From contig CAVSWN010000010.1 of the NCBI GenBank assembly GCA_963731545.1, forward strand, positions 60,632 through 124,631: a stretch of DNA of 64,000 nucleotides. The letters run 5' to 3'. This DNA comes from an uncultured Acidobacteriota bacterium (lineage in GTDB: Bacteria; Acidobacteriota; Vicinamibacteria; Vicinamibacterales; CAVVIG01). Shown piece by piece: positions 35,978-47,237 of this stretch. The notes below the pieces were generated by a model that was not told the origin of the DNA, searched no databases, and worked only from the letters and a program-made list of their open reading frames with translations. Position numbers and translations under genes: made by a program. Positions within the stretch are counted from its first letter, which is position 1. The number at the start of each line of letters is the position of its first letter.

Positions 35978-38210
35978 CGGCGATCACTACCGCAATTCTC
36001 GGTCCAGTCTTCGCGCCGCACCCGTCTCGGAGTTCCTGCGGATCGCTCGCTGTTGGCCTTTCGTTGCGCTTCGTCCGCACCACTTGCGCGCTTTCGGCAT
36101 CCATGCCGGCCTGATACGTATCGATCGTCGGCAGGTTCTTCACCCGGAAGGACCGCAGATGCGTCCAGTCGGTCGTCGTGCCTGCCGCTGGCATTACCAT
36201 CTTCTTCTCCCCCCCCTCGAGACTGCTCGAAGACTGCCGTGTCGCCGCGTATCTTGAACAATCGGCACGGCCACGCTGCGTGATGAACAGCGTGATACGC
36301 GTCAAGCCGACCGGCTAGGCGCTCCCGTACCAACGCCACGAACTGCCGCCGGCTCGGATCAGGACGACTGCAGACGCGACGCGTCGCCGGCCTTCCCGGT
36401 CTCCAGCAGACCGGAATCACATCCATCTCGAATGTGCCCATACGTCCTCTCACATTTTCAAGTGCTCATGGCTTGAAAGCGACCTCGACGACGCGGGCCT
36501 GAGGAGGTTTCAGCAGAATCCTCGCGCGCAGGCCGTCGCGGTCCGAGCGCGCGCGGCAGCCACGCGCGCGTATTGCCGATCGCCAGCTCCTTGAAGACAT
36601 CGACGATCAGCGTGCGATCGGCGCGCGGCACGTCGAACAGTTGAGCCGGGCGGAACATGCCGGCTTGCCAGTGTACACGCCAACGAGTTGCCCGTCACTC
36701 ATGCGGATCACGAACCGTTCGCGGACGTAGTCGTCCAGCGCCAGCCACGCGTCGATGCGGCCGACCAGCATCAGGCACGCCAGTTCGTCGGTGCAGGCCA
36801 CGCGATCGCCGGGTTGAAGGCTGCTTCGGATCGACTCGATTCCGTCGACGTCGATCGTGGCCGTGCGGCCTCGAGCCGCATCTGCAGCGGTCCGTCCCCG
36901 CGCCACTGATCCGCCGCGACGGCCGCCACGACGAGCGTGCAGATACACCAGGAAGCGACACGGCCGGCCGTCGACGCGCGCGCGACATGTTGTGCGACCC
37001 GATCGCGGCGGCGTCGACGGCGATCGCCACGAGCATCAGCGTGACCGGCAGCAGCAGATAGTTGAGCGTGATGCCCGATTCGATGACGCCAAACCACAGC
37101 ACCCAGCCGATCCACAGCAGATGCGCGGCACGTTCGACCGGCCGCCACTCGCCACCTGCGCCGGCGAGTCGTGCGATCAGCAATCCCGGCGAGCGCGAGC
37201 GTGAGCGGGGTTGCTCGCACGATGTGCCAGAACATGTCGAGGGGATAGCGCAAACCTTCGGTGAACACGCTCGCGACGAGCGCTCGCGAGAGCGGCGCGG
37301 TCGTGAGCGCTCGAGTCAGCGAGACGCCCACGATTACCGCCACAAGGCACGAGCGCCACCGCGAGATTCAGCCGCGCCCACCTCGGCGCGATCAACCAGG
37401 AGAGAAGCAGGATGATCAGGGAATGCCGAACTGACCACCAGGCGGCACTTCGAAAAGATTGATCACTTGCCAGATGAAGAACCGTTGGACCATCGTTTGA
37501 CCGCTCGATGGCGGAGCGAGCGCGTGAAGGACAGGATCAGCACCTGCGCGGCGATGAGGCCGGCAGCGATCGCGAGAGTGGCGGCGAGCCACTTCGCTCG
37601 GCCTCCTCGATGCGCGACGGCAGCGCAGAGAAGCGGAATCGCGACCACCGTAAACATCAGCTCGTGCACGAGCCGGCCGAGAAAGGCGAGAAACGCGAGC
37701 GTCCCAAGATATGCCGAAGGCGGCCGAAGTGCCAAAGGTGCGTGAATCGCCGAACGGCCAAGCGTGCAGAGCGAGAGCAAGTGCTTGTGAAGACAGCGAG
37801 CAGCGGAGCGTAGAAGCGCCCGGTTGTTGCTGCCGCCCAGAACGGCAATGACGCCGCCACGAGGAACACTGCCAGCGTGGCCGCCATCGTCGATGCGGAT
37901 CGTGACACGACGAGCCAGACAGCCACACCGACGCAGCCGCGCGAGAGCAGTGCCAGCGCACGATACGACGGGAGCTCTGCTCCGGAGACGTGCGCGGCGG
38001 CCCAGCTCGCGTACGGTACGCGAGGCCGCGATCGTAGAGCAGACCAGAGGGCAGCAACGGGAGGTGCGCCGCGGATTCCTCGATGCCGCGCACGGCGAAC
38101 ACCGTGTACTCCTCGTCAGGCGAGTAGCCGGTGCGAAAGAGCTGCGGCCATCCGAGCGCCAGGACGGCGACGATGACGGCCGCTGGGACAGCCGAGCGCG
38201 CACGTCGCAA
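35971..38210 (-). pseudogene. GT-C (PMT_2/ArnT-like) membrane glycosyltransferase with uncharacterised C-terminal domain, as-sequenced with at least 7 frame changes
   Basis: N-terminus ...GWPQLFRTGYSPDEEYTVFAVRGIEESAAHLPLLPSGLLYDRGLAY. TM-rich fragments continue through ORFs 37657.., 37463.., 36771.. and 36695... Soluble fragments follow in ORFs 36607, 36458, 35971 and 35808. The stop overlaps the yfcE-like start. Confidence 0.5.
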
Positions 38211-39162
38211 TTACCGCAGAAAAGCTGGAAGATCGCCGCATTTTTTTGCCGAACGCGTCAACGTCTCGGGCCTGAATCCGTCGAATCTTCCCGAGGAACG
38301 TTTATGCACACACCTCGTCTTTTGCACCCCGATCGCTCGCAACAGCAGCTCTCCTGCGCCGTCTTCCCCTGCCCGTTGACGCGCAGGAGGCCACAAGATC
38401 CACGAACACGCCGGGTCTCCGGGCCCGTGGACCTCGAAGTGCTGTCCGGATGGGCCGCACGAGGTCCGCGCCGGGCAGTCCGGCCAGAAGCCTCGATATC
38501 CATACCCGTGCATCTCTGTCAGTGAGCGCCGAGGAGCGCTGACGATCGAGGCGGCCCATTGCTGCTTCCGGATCCGACGCCGACGGATGGACGCAGACAT
38601 TTGCGACGACGGCGCTTCCGGGCGCTGCCGCACAAGTGACGCCGCCGGACCGGTACGGGTCGGTTTCAATGTCCGCGGCGCCGTCGAGGCCGGCCGGGTC
38701 GCTCGACAATGTGATGGCGACTTGAAACCACGAATGGCTGATTACCGTGCGGGCCGTGCTGGGAGGGAGCGGCTCGTCGGAGTCCGTCAAGGGGCAGTTT
38801 ACGGACGCCAGCACTCTGATCGGCCTCATGCGACGCCTGATCAGGGCCATGAGCTGAGTCCTGCGCCTCGGTCAGCGGCTCGCGCAGCGCCTCGCGCGCG
38901 GATCATCCGACTGGCGGCTTTCATCCGTCCGGCACCGGACATTTGAAACGGAGGGTCGCGCTCGACCGCACTCCAACGCCGACGATGACGCCAACTACGA
39001 CGCATGCCTGCACCATCGGCCGGAGAGGTGCCGGATCGGTGAACGGGGAGGGCTGCGCATGGATCCGGGCCAACCGCAGATGCGCAAACCGGAACGCGTC
39101 GGCCGATGACTGGAGGCGGCGACGAAAGACTCGCCGCCCTTTTTCTTTGAGGGCGCGACGAT

Positions 39163-41944
39163 GTGGCTCTAGAAATATGGCCCCGTTCGATTCCAAAGGA
39201 GTCCCCGTTCCCGATTCCCACGCTCATCGCTGCCTTCACCGCCGTTATTTTCGCGGTCCTATCAGCGTCATCGCTGGTTGCCCAACAAGGCGCAGGTCAA
39301 GGCGGCGCGCCTCGAGCCGAGCGCGTCGCGTCGCCCAACTACGACCTGGCGGCGCAGTGGACGTCGCAGAAAGTGCGGCAAGCTCGTCTTCGACACGACG
39401 CGTGACGCCGCGATGGCTCGAGACGAGCGATCGCTTCTGGTACGCCTATCAGACGCGCGAGGGACGGCGAGTTCTCGATCGTCGATCCGATCAAGAGGAC
39501 GAAGGCGCCGCTGTTCGATCACGCGAAGATGGCGGCGACGCTCACCTCGATCACGCGCATCCCGTACGACGCGCAGCACCTGCCGTTCACGACGTGCGGT
39601 TCGTGAAGAAGGACACGGCGATCGAGTTCGACGTGCAGGTGCCGGCCGACGCCAGTGATCGCCGCGCCGCCAAACGCGAGACACCACCGAGCAGCACCGG
39701 GCGCGCGGCGAGCCAAGGCGCGGTGCGGCAGCCCGACGAGCCAGGACCGCAGCCGAGTCCAGGCCAGGCCGCAGCGCGCGCGGCGCGCGGCACGCCGCGA
39801 CGCCGCCCGCCGAGAAACCGGACGCTGCACTTCGAGTACGACCTGGCGACCGCCGCGGTCACGCTCCTCGACGACTACACGGACGAGCCGCGGCTGCCGC
39901 GCTGGGCGCGCTCTCGCCCGACGGGAAGACCGTGGTGTTCGCGCGCAAGGACAACCTCTTCATGATGGACGCCGACAACTACGCCAAGGCGCTGAAGAAG
40001 GCCGACGACCCGCGCATCGTCGAAGTCCAGCTGACCACCGACGGCGAGGAGACACTACAGCTACGGCCGGTCCGCGCGCGAAATCCAGAACCAGCGCGAG
40101 CAGGAACAGCAGCAGCAACAGCAGCAACAGCGAGGACGGCGAAGGCGGAGCAGCAGCAGGACGAGGAGCGCGACATCACCGACCGAACGCGCGCATGCCG
40201 GCGATTCCCATTGATCTGGTCGCGCGACTCGAACAAGTTCGCGCTGGTCCGCCGCGATTCGCGCAAGGTGGCGGACCTGTGGGTCATCAACGCGCTGGCG
40301 CAGCCGCGGCCGACGCTCGAAACCTATCGCTACGCGATGCCCGGCGAGGCGAACATCCCGCAGTCGGAGATGCACGTGTTCGATCGGACGACTCGAAGCA
40401 GCGCGTCACGGTCAAGGACGACCGGTTCACCGATCAGACCGTCCAGATCGCGACGCGCGCGCCGCGCAACAACATCCAGCGCGATCCGCGGCGGCCGATT
40501 CCGGCGGAGTGGCTGAGCGACACGCCGCGACAAGCTGTATTTCACGCGCCTGAGCCGCGACCAGCACCGGCTGGACGTCGTCGTCGCCGACACCGCCACC
40601 GGCGAGGTGAAGACGCTGATCGAAGAGCGGCTGAACACCTACGTCGAGTCGAAGCCGCTGCGCCTCGTCAACAGGCGGCGCGCGAACTGGTCTTCTGGTC
40701 CGAGCGCGACGGCTGGGGACACTTCTATCTCTACGACGCGGCGACCGGCGCGCTGAAGAATCGCATCACCGAAGGCGAGTTCGTCGCCACCGCCATCGAA
40801 GGCGTGGACGACAAGGCGCGCGTGCTGTACCTCTCGGCGGGCGGCCGCGAGAAGGGCGAGGATCCGTACTACACGCACCTCTATCGCGTCGGCTTCGACG
40901 GCACCGGCTTCAAGCTGCTCAACCCCGGCGACGCGTCGCACAGCGTGTCGGTCACCGAATCGGCGCGGTTCTTCGTCGACAACGCGTCGCGCGTCAACGG
41001 CGCGCCGGAGTCGACGCTCTACGACACGCTCGGCAACGCGTGCTGAAGCTCGAAACGCCGGACCTGCTCGGCGCTCGACGAGGCCGGCTTCAAGTTCCCG
41101 GAGCCGTTCACGGTGAAGGCCGACGATGGCATCACGGATCTGTACGGCGTGATGTACAAGCCGTTCGACTTCGATCCGGCAAGAAGTATCCGATCATCGC
41201 GTTCGTCTATCCCGGCCCGCAGACCGAGAGCGTCACCAAGACGTTCAACCCGCGCAGCAACAACATCTCGCTCGCGCAGTTCGGCTTCATCGTCATCGAG
41301 GTCGGCAACCGCGGCGGCCACCCGCAGCGGTCGAAGTGGTACCACAACTACGGCTACGGCAACCTGCGCGACTACGGACTCGCCGACAAGAAGGCGGCCA
41401 TCGAGCAGCTCGCCCGGCGCCATTCGTTCGTCGACATCAACCGCGTCGGCATCTGGGGCCACTCCGGCGGCGGCTTCATGTCGGCGGCGGCGATGCTCGT
41501 CTATCCCGGACTTCTTCAAGGTCGGCCTGGTCCGAGTCGGGCAACCACGAGAACAACATCTACAACAACAGCTGGAGCGAGAAGCACCACGGCGTCAAGG
41601 AAGTCGAGAAGGACGGCAAGGTGACCTTCGAGTACGACATCGAGAAGAACTCGGAGCTGGCGAAGAACCTGAAGGGCCACCTGATGCTGATCACCGGCGA
41701 CATCGACAACAACGTCCATCCGGCCAACACCTATCGGCTGGCCGACGCGCTGATCAAGGCCAACAAGCGCTTCGACATGTTCGTGCTGCCGGGCGTGCGG
41801 CATTCGTTCCAGCCGGTGTCGGGCTACGTCAACTGGCTGCGCGGCGACTACTTCGCGCGGCACCTGCTGGGCCAATCCGCCGACAGCGTCGACATCGTCG
41901 AGCTGAATCGCGAGAAGGAGCAGACGGGCGACAAGAAGAAGTAG
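39163..41944 (+). pseudogene. S9-family (DPP IV/prolyl oligopeptidase-like) serine peptidase, as-sequenced with at least 14 frame changes
   Basis: It has a signal peptide PIPTLIAAFTAVIFAVLSASSLVAQQ. Propeller fragments include TPRWLETSDRFWYAYQTREG, WSRDSNKFALVRRDSRKVADLWVIN and LVFWSERDGWGHFYLYDAATG. The catalytic domain has YPIIAFVYPGPQ, the nucleophile GIWGHSGGGF, and ...LITGDIDNNVHPANT... Confidence 0.75.
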
Positions 41945-41975
41945 GACCCCCGAGCCTGATTCCCGGCGACGGGAT

Positions 41976-43394
41976 ATGATGCCGCCCGTGCCGACACCTT
42001 CCCCGACCACACGACCGCAAACAACACCGCAGCGGACCACCACTGGGTCGACACGCTCGCCGGATTCATGGAGCGCGTCGTCCCCGACGCCATCACCACG
42101 TCGATCATGCTGCTCGTCGCTGCTGTTCGGCTTGTCGCTGGTCGCTGGGCGACCGGCTGACGGCGACGATGGACGCGTACTACCGCGGGCTGTGGATGCT
42201 GCTCGCAGTTCACGATGCAGATGACGCTCATCCTCGTGCTGAGCCTCATCCTCGGCGCGACCCCGCGTTCAAGAACGCGATCATCCGCGCTGTCGCGGCT
42301 GCCGAGGACGCAGGCGCAGGTGATGTCGCTGGCCGTTCTGTGCGGCGGCTTCGTCGCCTATCTGAACTGGGGTCTGTCGATCGCGCTGTCGCCGCTGATC
42401 GCGATCCATTTCGCGACGCGAAGCCGAACGAAAGGGCATCGCCATCGATTTCCTGTTGCTGATGTCGACGCTGGCCGGCGCCGGCGCGATCTGGCAGTTC
42501 GGCTTCTCGGGCAGCGCGCCGCTGTTGATGGCGACGCCGGGCAACTTCCTGGAGCAGCAGGCCGGCGTGATGCCGCTGACGCACGACCATCTGGTCGCCG
42601 GCGGCGATGTGCTGGTACCGAGCTTCATCGCCGCGGTGATGTTCGCCGGCGTCGTGTTCATGCCGAAGAACGTCGCGGCCGGTATCGGAGTTCCCGCAGG
42701 CGGCAAAGGTCGTCGATGAGCGAACGGCCAGCCGACGTCACCGACGCCCCGCACGGCCCGCTGACATTCGCGCAGAGGCTCGAGCACAACCCGCTCATGA
42801 TCGTGCCGCTGGCGCTCATGCTCGGCTGGCTGGATCTACCATCACTTCTTCGTCCGGAACCTGAGCCTCGACATCAACTCGGTCAATACCGATCGTGCTG
42901 CTGCTCGGCGCTGGTGCTGCACGGCAACATCTACAGGTTCACGAAGGCGACGCAGCAGGCAGTGGCGCTCTGCTGGCCGATCGTGCTGATGTATCACGTG
43001 TACGCCGGGCTCGCCGGGCTCATTCAGTTCACGCCGGTCGGCGGATTCCTGGTCAAGCTCTTCGATCCGGTCCTGACCGCGTACACGTATCCGCTGTTCA
43101 TCGCGCTCGTCAGCACCATCGTGGCGATCTTCATCCCCACGAGCGGCGGGCAGTGGGCGATTCAGGGCGCGGTCACGGTCGAGGCCGCGGAGCTGGTCGG
43201 GCGTCAGCGCGCAGCGCGGCCTGCTGGCGCTCAGCGTCGGCGATCACATGGGCAACCTGATCACGCCATTCTGGGCGGTCGTCGGCGCCGGCATCGCGCG
43301 CGTCGATTTCCGGCTGATGTTCGGCTACCGGCTGATTTTCGCGGCGCTCTGGTTCGTCATGGGCGTCGCGGCGTTCACGTTTCTTCCGTGTTAG
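41976..43394 (+). pseudogene. short-chain fatty acid transporter (AtoE-like), as-sequenced with at least 7 frame changes; start approximate
   Basis: The fragments are collinear with E. coli AtoE as recalled: FMERVVPDAITTSIM, MQMTLILV, AYLNWGLSIALSPLIA, FSGSAPLLMATPGNFLE, IPTSGGQWAIQGAVTVEAAELVG, GDHMGNLITPFWAVVGAGIA. Confidence 0.7.
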
Positions 43395-43803
43395 CCGAAG
43401 CGTCGTCAATACAAGGGCAATCAGAATGCGTTGATAGCATCCCAGTCAGGCCGTCGTCGCGCTACAGACGGGTGACCTGAGATCGAAACGAGCTGGAACA
43501 GGCGATCTTACGAGCGGATGGGTGTGCAGCGAGGCTCGGTGGACGGCAACGGGCCGAGCCGTGACTGGGTCACGACCTGCGCGGCGCAGAACCGAGATCT
43601 ACCCGCGCTGCACGGAAACGCGCTCTCGGCGGCGCGAACGGCACTCGACCGAGCCACCCGGTAACGCTTGAACATCTCACGCAGGAATCTTTGAACGGCC
43701 ATGCGCCGTCGTCAGCTCCGTCGCGGAGGAATCGACGTGGCAAGCATCGACGCAACCCCACAGCGAAGGCCGCTGCCCTGCTCGAGAACGTCCGCGGACG
43801 CCC

Positions 43804-44787
43804 ATGGCGCACGGCCGGCTGCGAGACGCGAAGGCGGCATTGCGCTGGAATATCGCCAGGACGATCGAAGACTGCGGCGTGCCGCAGCGTCTGGCCGACC
43901 GATCGCGTTTCAGCTCGTATTCAAGTTTGGTCCGGCGCAGTCGGCGACGTGCGTACGTGGCGCGCCTCGGTGAACTGCTCCGGCGCGACGTCGAACGGCT
44001 GAAGACTCATGTCGGCCTGGTCGAGCGGCAGATCGTCGTGGCGCTTCCCAAGCTCTCGGCGCAGCAGATCGAGGATCTTCTCGAGGAGCTCCGAGCGGCG
44101 ATCCGACGATCGCCCGGACGATCCTCAACACCGCTCTTGATGCCGCCGACCCGTAGCGGCCGCGCGGCGTTACCTCGCGAGTTCCACGCGGTCGTTCGCG
44201 AACTCAGGAACATCGATCCCGGAATCGCCCGGACGTTCGCCAACGCCACGTTCATGGCTCACGCTCCCCGTGAGAAGGCGATGTCGCATTTCAAGCGTTT
44301 CGCTGATCTGATGACGCGGTTTCGCGACGATGTCGAATTCGTGCGCACCGTCGCCAGAGCGGCGTGCCGGGCCACGGATCCGATCAAGGCCGCAGAAGGC
44401 TTCATCGCCAAGCACGATGCGGTCGTGGCGGAATTGACGTCCACCGGAGTCGAGCCGAGCATCGCTCGGTCGTTGGCCGCGATCGCCAGCTTGGGCGCCG
44501 AGCCCTTACCCACGGCCCGCAAGCTGCTCCAGAAATTCGAAGCCGTCCTCGCTTTGGCGAAAGAGACGCATCCGCAGGTCGCGCGGAGCATCGCCTTGAG
44601 CGCATGTCGTGCGACCGAGCCCCTGCGCGCCGCACGCGTGTACATGAACAACTACGACACGATCATGCGAGTGATCGGCGAGACGGATCCCCGACGAGCA
44701 CCTGTCGTCGCCTCTCAAGCGTTTCGATCGGACAATCCGTTGCGATGGGCGAAGCGCTATCTGGCGGAACTCCAGGCGGCCGGATAA
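43804..44787 (+). CDS. hypothetical protein with five tandem ~40-aa alpha-helical repeats (intact)
   Basis: Intact 327-aa ORF. The repeats are anchored at IARTFANATF, FVRTVARAACRATDP, IARSLAAIASLGAEP, VARSIALSACRATEP and APVVASQAFRSDNP. No family was recognised. Confidence 0.5.
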   Translation: MAHGRLRDAKAALRWNIARTIEDCGVPQRLADRSRFSSYSSLVRRSRRRAYVARLGELLRRDVERLKTHVGLVERQIVVALPKLSAQQIEDLLEELRAAIRRSPGRSSTPLLMPPTRSGRAALPREFHAVVRELRNIDPGIARTFANATFMAHAPREKAMSHFKRFADLMTRFRDDVEFVRTVARAACRATDPIKAAEGFIAKHDAVVAELTSTGVEPSIARSLAAIASLGAEPLPTARKLLQKFEAVLALAKETHPQVARSIALSACRATEPLRAARVYMNNYDTIMRVIGETDPRRAPVVASQAFRSDNPLRWAKRYLAELQAAG

Positions 44788-44958
44788 GACGGCCCCGTCA
44801 ACCACCACGGGAGCATCGCCAAGTGAGCTTAGGTCGCGGGGGGGATGGCCCATCGGTTCATCGTCATTGCCGTGCCCCAGGTGAACCTCCGCACGATCGT
44901 GATCGCCGGCGCCGGGCCGGTGGAATTGTCAATAGAATTGGCAAGAGTCGAAATCCTC

Positions 44959-45498
44959 ATGCAAACTCTCGACACGAGCCTCGTCCTCACTCGCCTGTTC
45001 GCTGAGCTCGTCGACGGCGCCAACGATCCGAAAGGTGCCTTCGTTCTCAATTCCGGAGACGTCGGGCTGCTGCGATCACTCGAAAAGCTCTCGGCCGCCG
45101 AGGCGTCGCAATCGGTCAACGACGGCGCGACCATTGCGGCGCACGCACAACACCTGCGCTACGGACTGTCGTTGATGAACCGGTGGGCGACCGAAGGAGG
45201 CAACCCGTTCGCCGATGCGAAATGGGACGAGGCGTGGCGCACGGGGGAGGTCGATGCGAGTGCCTGGGACGAGATTCGAAGCGGGTTGGGCGACGAAGCG
45301 CATGCCTGGCTACGAGCGCTCGGCTCGCCGCGTGAAGTCAACGACATCGAGCTGAGCGGGATGATCGGCAGCATCGCGCACCTTGCGTATCACATCGGCG
45401 CGATCAGGCAGATCGCCAAGCGCGGGAGAGGACCCGAAAGAGGGAACGTTCTGAGGCCGTCGAAGAAGGAAGGATTGGAATGTCGCGACCGGCATTGA
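44959..45498 (+). CDS. DinB-superfamily protein
   Basis: The four-helix-bundle His pattern is AAHAQHLRYGL ... AHLAYHIGAIRQI. The internal ATG at 44959 (MQTLDTSLVLTRLFAEL) is preferred over the listed start at 44845. Confidence 0.6.
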   Translation: MQTLDTSLVLTRLFAELVDGANDPKGAFVLNSGDVGLLRSLEKLSAAEASQSVNDGATIAAHAQHLRYGLSLMNRWATEGGNPFADAKWDEAWRTGEVDASAWDEIRSGLGDEAHAWLRALGSPREVNDIELSGMIGSIAHLAYHIGAIRQIAKRGRGPERGNVLRPSKKEGLECRDRH

Positions 45499-47207
45499 CG
45501 GCCTGGTACTTGATCTGTTTCGCAGTCGCCGCACTCGCCGGAGTCGTCCCGGCAGGGGCGCAGGTGACCGGCAATGCCACCGACGCCGATCGCCGCCTGC
45601 GCGAGTTGTACACGTCCGAGTGGACGTGGCGGCAGAGCGAATTCGTGCGCGGCGACAATCGCTTCCCTCGCGTGGACGACGCCTCGCAGCAGGCGCGGCT
45701 CGCCTACTGGACCCGCGCGCTCGCCACGCTCGACAGCATCCCCTTCGATCAGCTGTCGCCGGACGAGAAGGTGAATGCGCAGGTCTTCCGCACGGCCATC
45801 CGCGCGCTCGCGGACGAGGTGAGGTTCCGCACCTACGAAGCGCCGTTCAACAGCGACACGTTCTTCTGGACCGACTTCACGCCGCGCCAGGGCTTCGCGA
45901 CGGCCGACGCCTACCGGAACTATCTCGCGCGGCTCCGCGACGTGCCGCGCTACTTCGACGAGCAGATCGCCAACATGCGCGCCGGGCTCGCTCGCGGGTA
46001 CACGGTTCCGCGCGTGTCGGTGGTCGGCCGCGACCGGACGATCGAGCCGTACGTGAAGGGGGACGCGACGAACCCGCTCTACGTTCCCTTCGCGCAGATG
46101 CCGGCCACGATCCCGGCCGACGATCAGGCCGCGATGCGCCGCGACGCGCTGGCGATGCTCCAGACCGTCGTCGCGCCGGCGTTCAACAAGCTTCTGGCGA
46201 TGATGCGCGAGGAGTACCTGCCGAAAGCGCGCACCGTACTCGCCGCAACGTCGCTGCCAGACGGACCGGCATTCTACAAGGCACAGATCGAGAAGTTCAC
46301 CACGCTCGACCTCACCGCGCAGCAGATCCACGACATCGGTCTGGCCGAAGTCGCGCGCATCAAGGCCGAGATGGAGGCGACCAAGCAGCGCGCCGGCTTC
46401 ACGGGGACGATGGCGGAGTTCTTCAAGTTCCTGCGAACGGATCCGCAGTTCTACGCGAAGACGCCTCGTGAACTGCTGTCGTACTCGGCGTACGTCTCCA
46501 AGAAGGCCGACTGGAGGCTCGCGGAGTTCTTCGGGACGATTCCACGCCGCCGTCATGGCATCCGCCCCGTGCCCGACGCGCTCGCGCCCATTTACACGGG
46601 TGGACGCGGCGGGCTCGAGACGTGCCTCATGAACACCTACAACCTGCCGGCGCGTCCGCTCTACACGCTCGCGTCGCTCACGCTGCACGAATGCACGCCC
46701 GGCCACAGCTTCCAGGCCGCGCTCGCGCTCGAGGGGCCCGAGCGCCCGCCGTTCCGCCGGGGAACGGGATTTTCGGGCTACGCGGAAGGATGGGGACTCT
46801 ACACCGAGTGGCTGGGCACGTTGATGGGGATCTACGAAACACCGTACGAGGATTTCGGACGCCTGACGTACGAAATGTGGCGCGCCGTCCGGCTCGTCAT
46901 CGACACGGGCATCCACCAGTTCGGGTGGAGCCGTGAGCGCGCGATGGACTACCTGCGAGAGCATGCGGCGCTCGCCGAGCACGAGATCACGACCGAGGTC
47001 GAACGCTACATCGCCTGGCCGGGACAGGCGCTCGCCTACAAGCTCGGCGAACTGCAGATCCGCCGCCTTCGCCGCGAGGCGGAAGAAAAACTCGGCCCGG
47101 CGTTCGACCAGCGGCGATTCCACGACACGATTCTGGCGCTGGGCTCGGTACCGCTGCCGGTGCTGGAGCAGCACCTGCGGCAGTTCATCGCGAACGGCGG
47201 GCGGTAA
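45480..47207 (+). CDS. DUF885-family protein (secreted, HExxH-like metallo motif)
   Basis: Intact 575 aa with a signal peptide, TLHECTPGHSFQ, and ERYIAWPGQALAYKLGELQI, typical of DUF885. Confidence 0.85.
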   Translation: MSRPALTAWYLICFAVAALAGVVPAGAQVTGNATDADRRLRELYTSEWTWRQSEFVRGDNRFPRVDDASQQARLAYWTRALATLDSIPFDQLSPDEKVNAQVFRTAIRALADEVRFRTYEAPFNSDTFFWTDFTPRQGFATADAYRNYLARLRDVPRYFDEQIANMRAGLARGYTVPRVSVVGRDRTIEPYVKGDATNPLYVPFAQMPATIPADDQAAMRRDALAMLQTVVAPAFNKLLAMMREEYLPKARTVLAATSLPDGPAFYKAQIEKFTTLDLTAQQIHDIGLAEVARIKAEMEATKQRAGFTGTMAEFFKFLRTDPQFYAKTPRELLSYSAYVSKKADWRLAEFFGTIPRRRHGIRPVPDALAPIYTGGRGGLETCLMNTYNLPARPLYTLASLTLHECTPGHSFQAALALEGPERPPFRRGTGFSGYAEGWGLYTEWLGTLMGIYETPYEDFGRLTYEMWRAVRLVIDTGIHQFGWSRERAMDYLREHAALAEHEITTEVERYIAWPGQALAYKLGELQIRRLRREAEEKLGPAFDQRRFHDTILALGSVPLPVLEQHLRQFIANGGR

Positions 47208-47237
47208 GTTCGAAACGCGCGTGGTATGGTTGCGGCC

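Noticed and set aside
40101-40160. A CAG/CAA trinucleotide run (poly-Gln in one frame) inside the S9 peptidase gene, considered as a contingency or slippage locus.
   Set aside because: The local reading frame cannot be fixed because of the surrounding indels. Trinucleotide slippage would not switch the gene on or off. There is no supporting evidence.
43508-43702. A 64-aa minus-strand ORF (MAVQRFLREMFKRYRVARSS…) in the 410-nt gap, considered as a small regulator or toxin.
   Set aside because: It has poor coding character after the first ~20 codons, no recognisable motif and no RBS.
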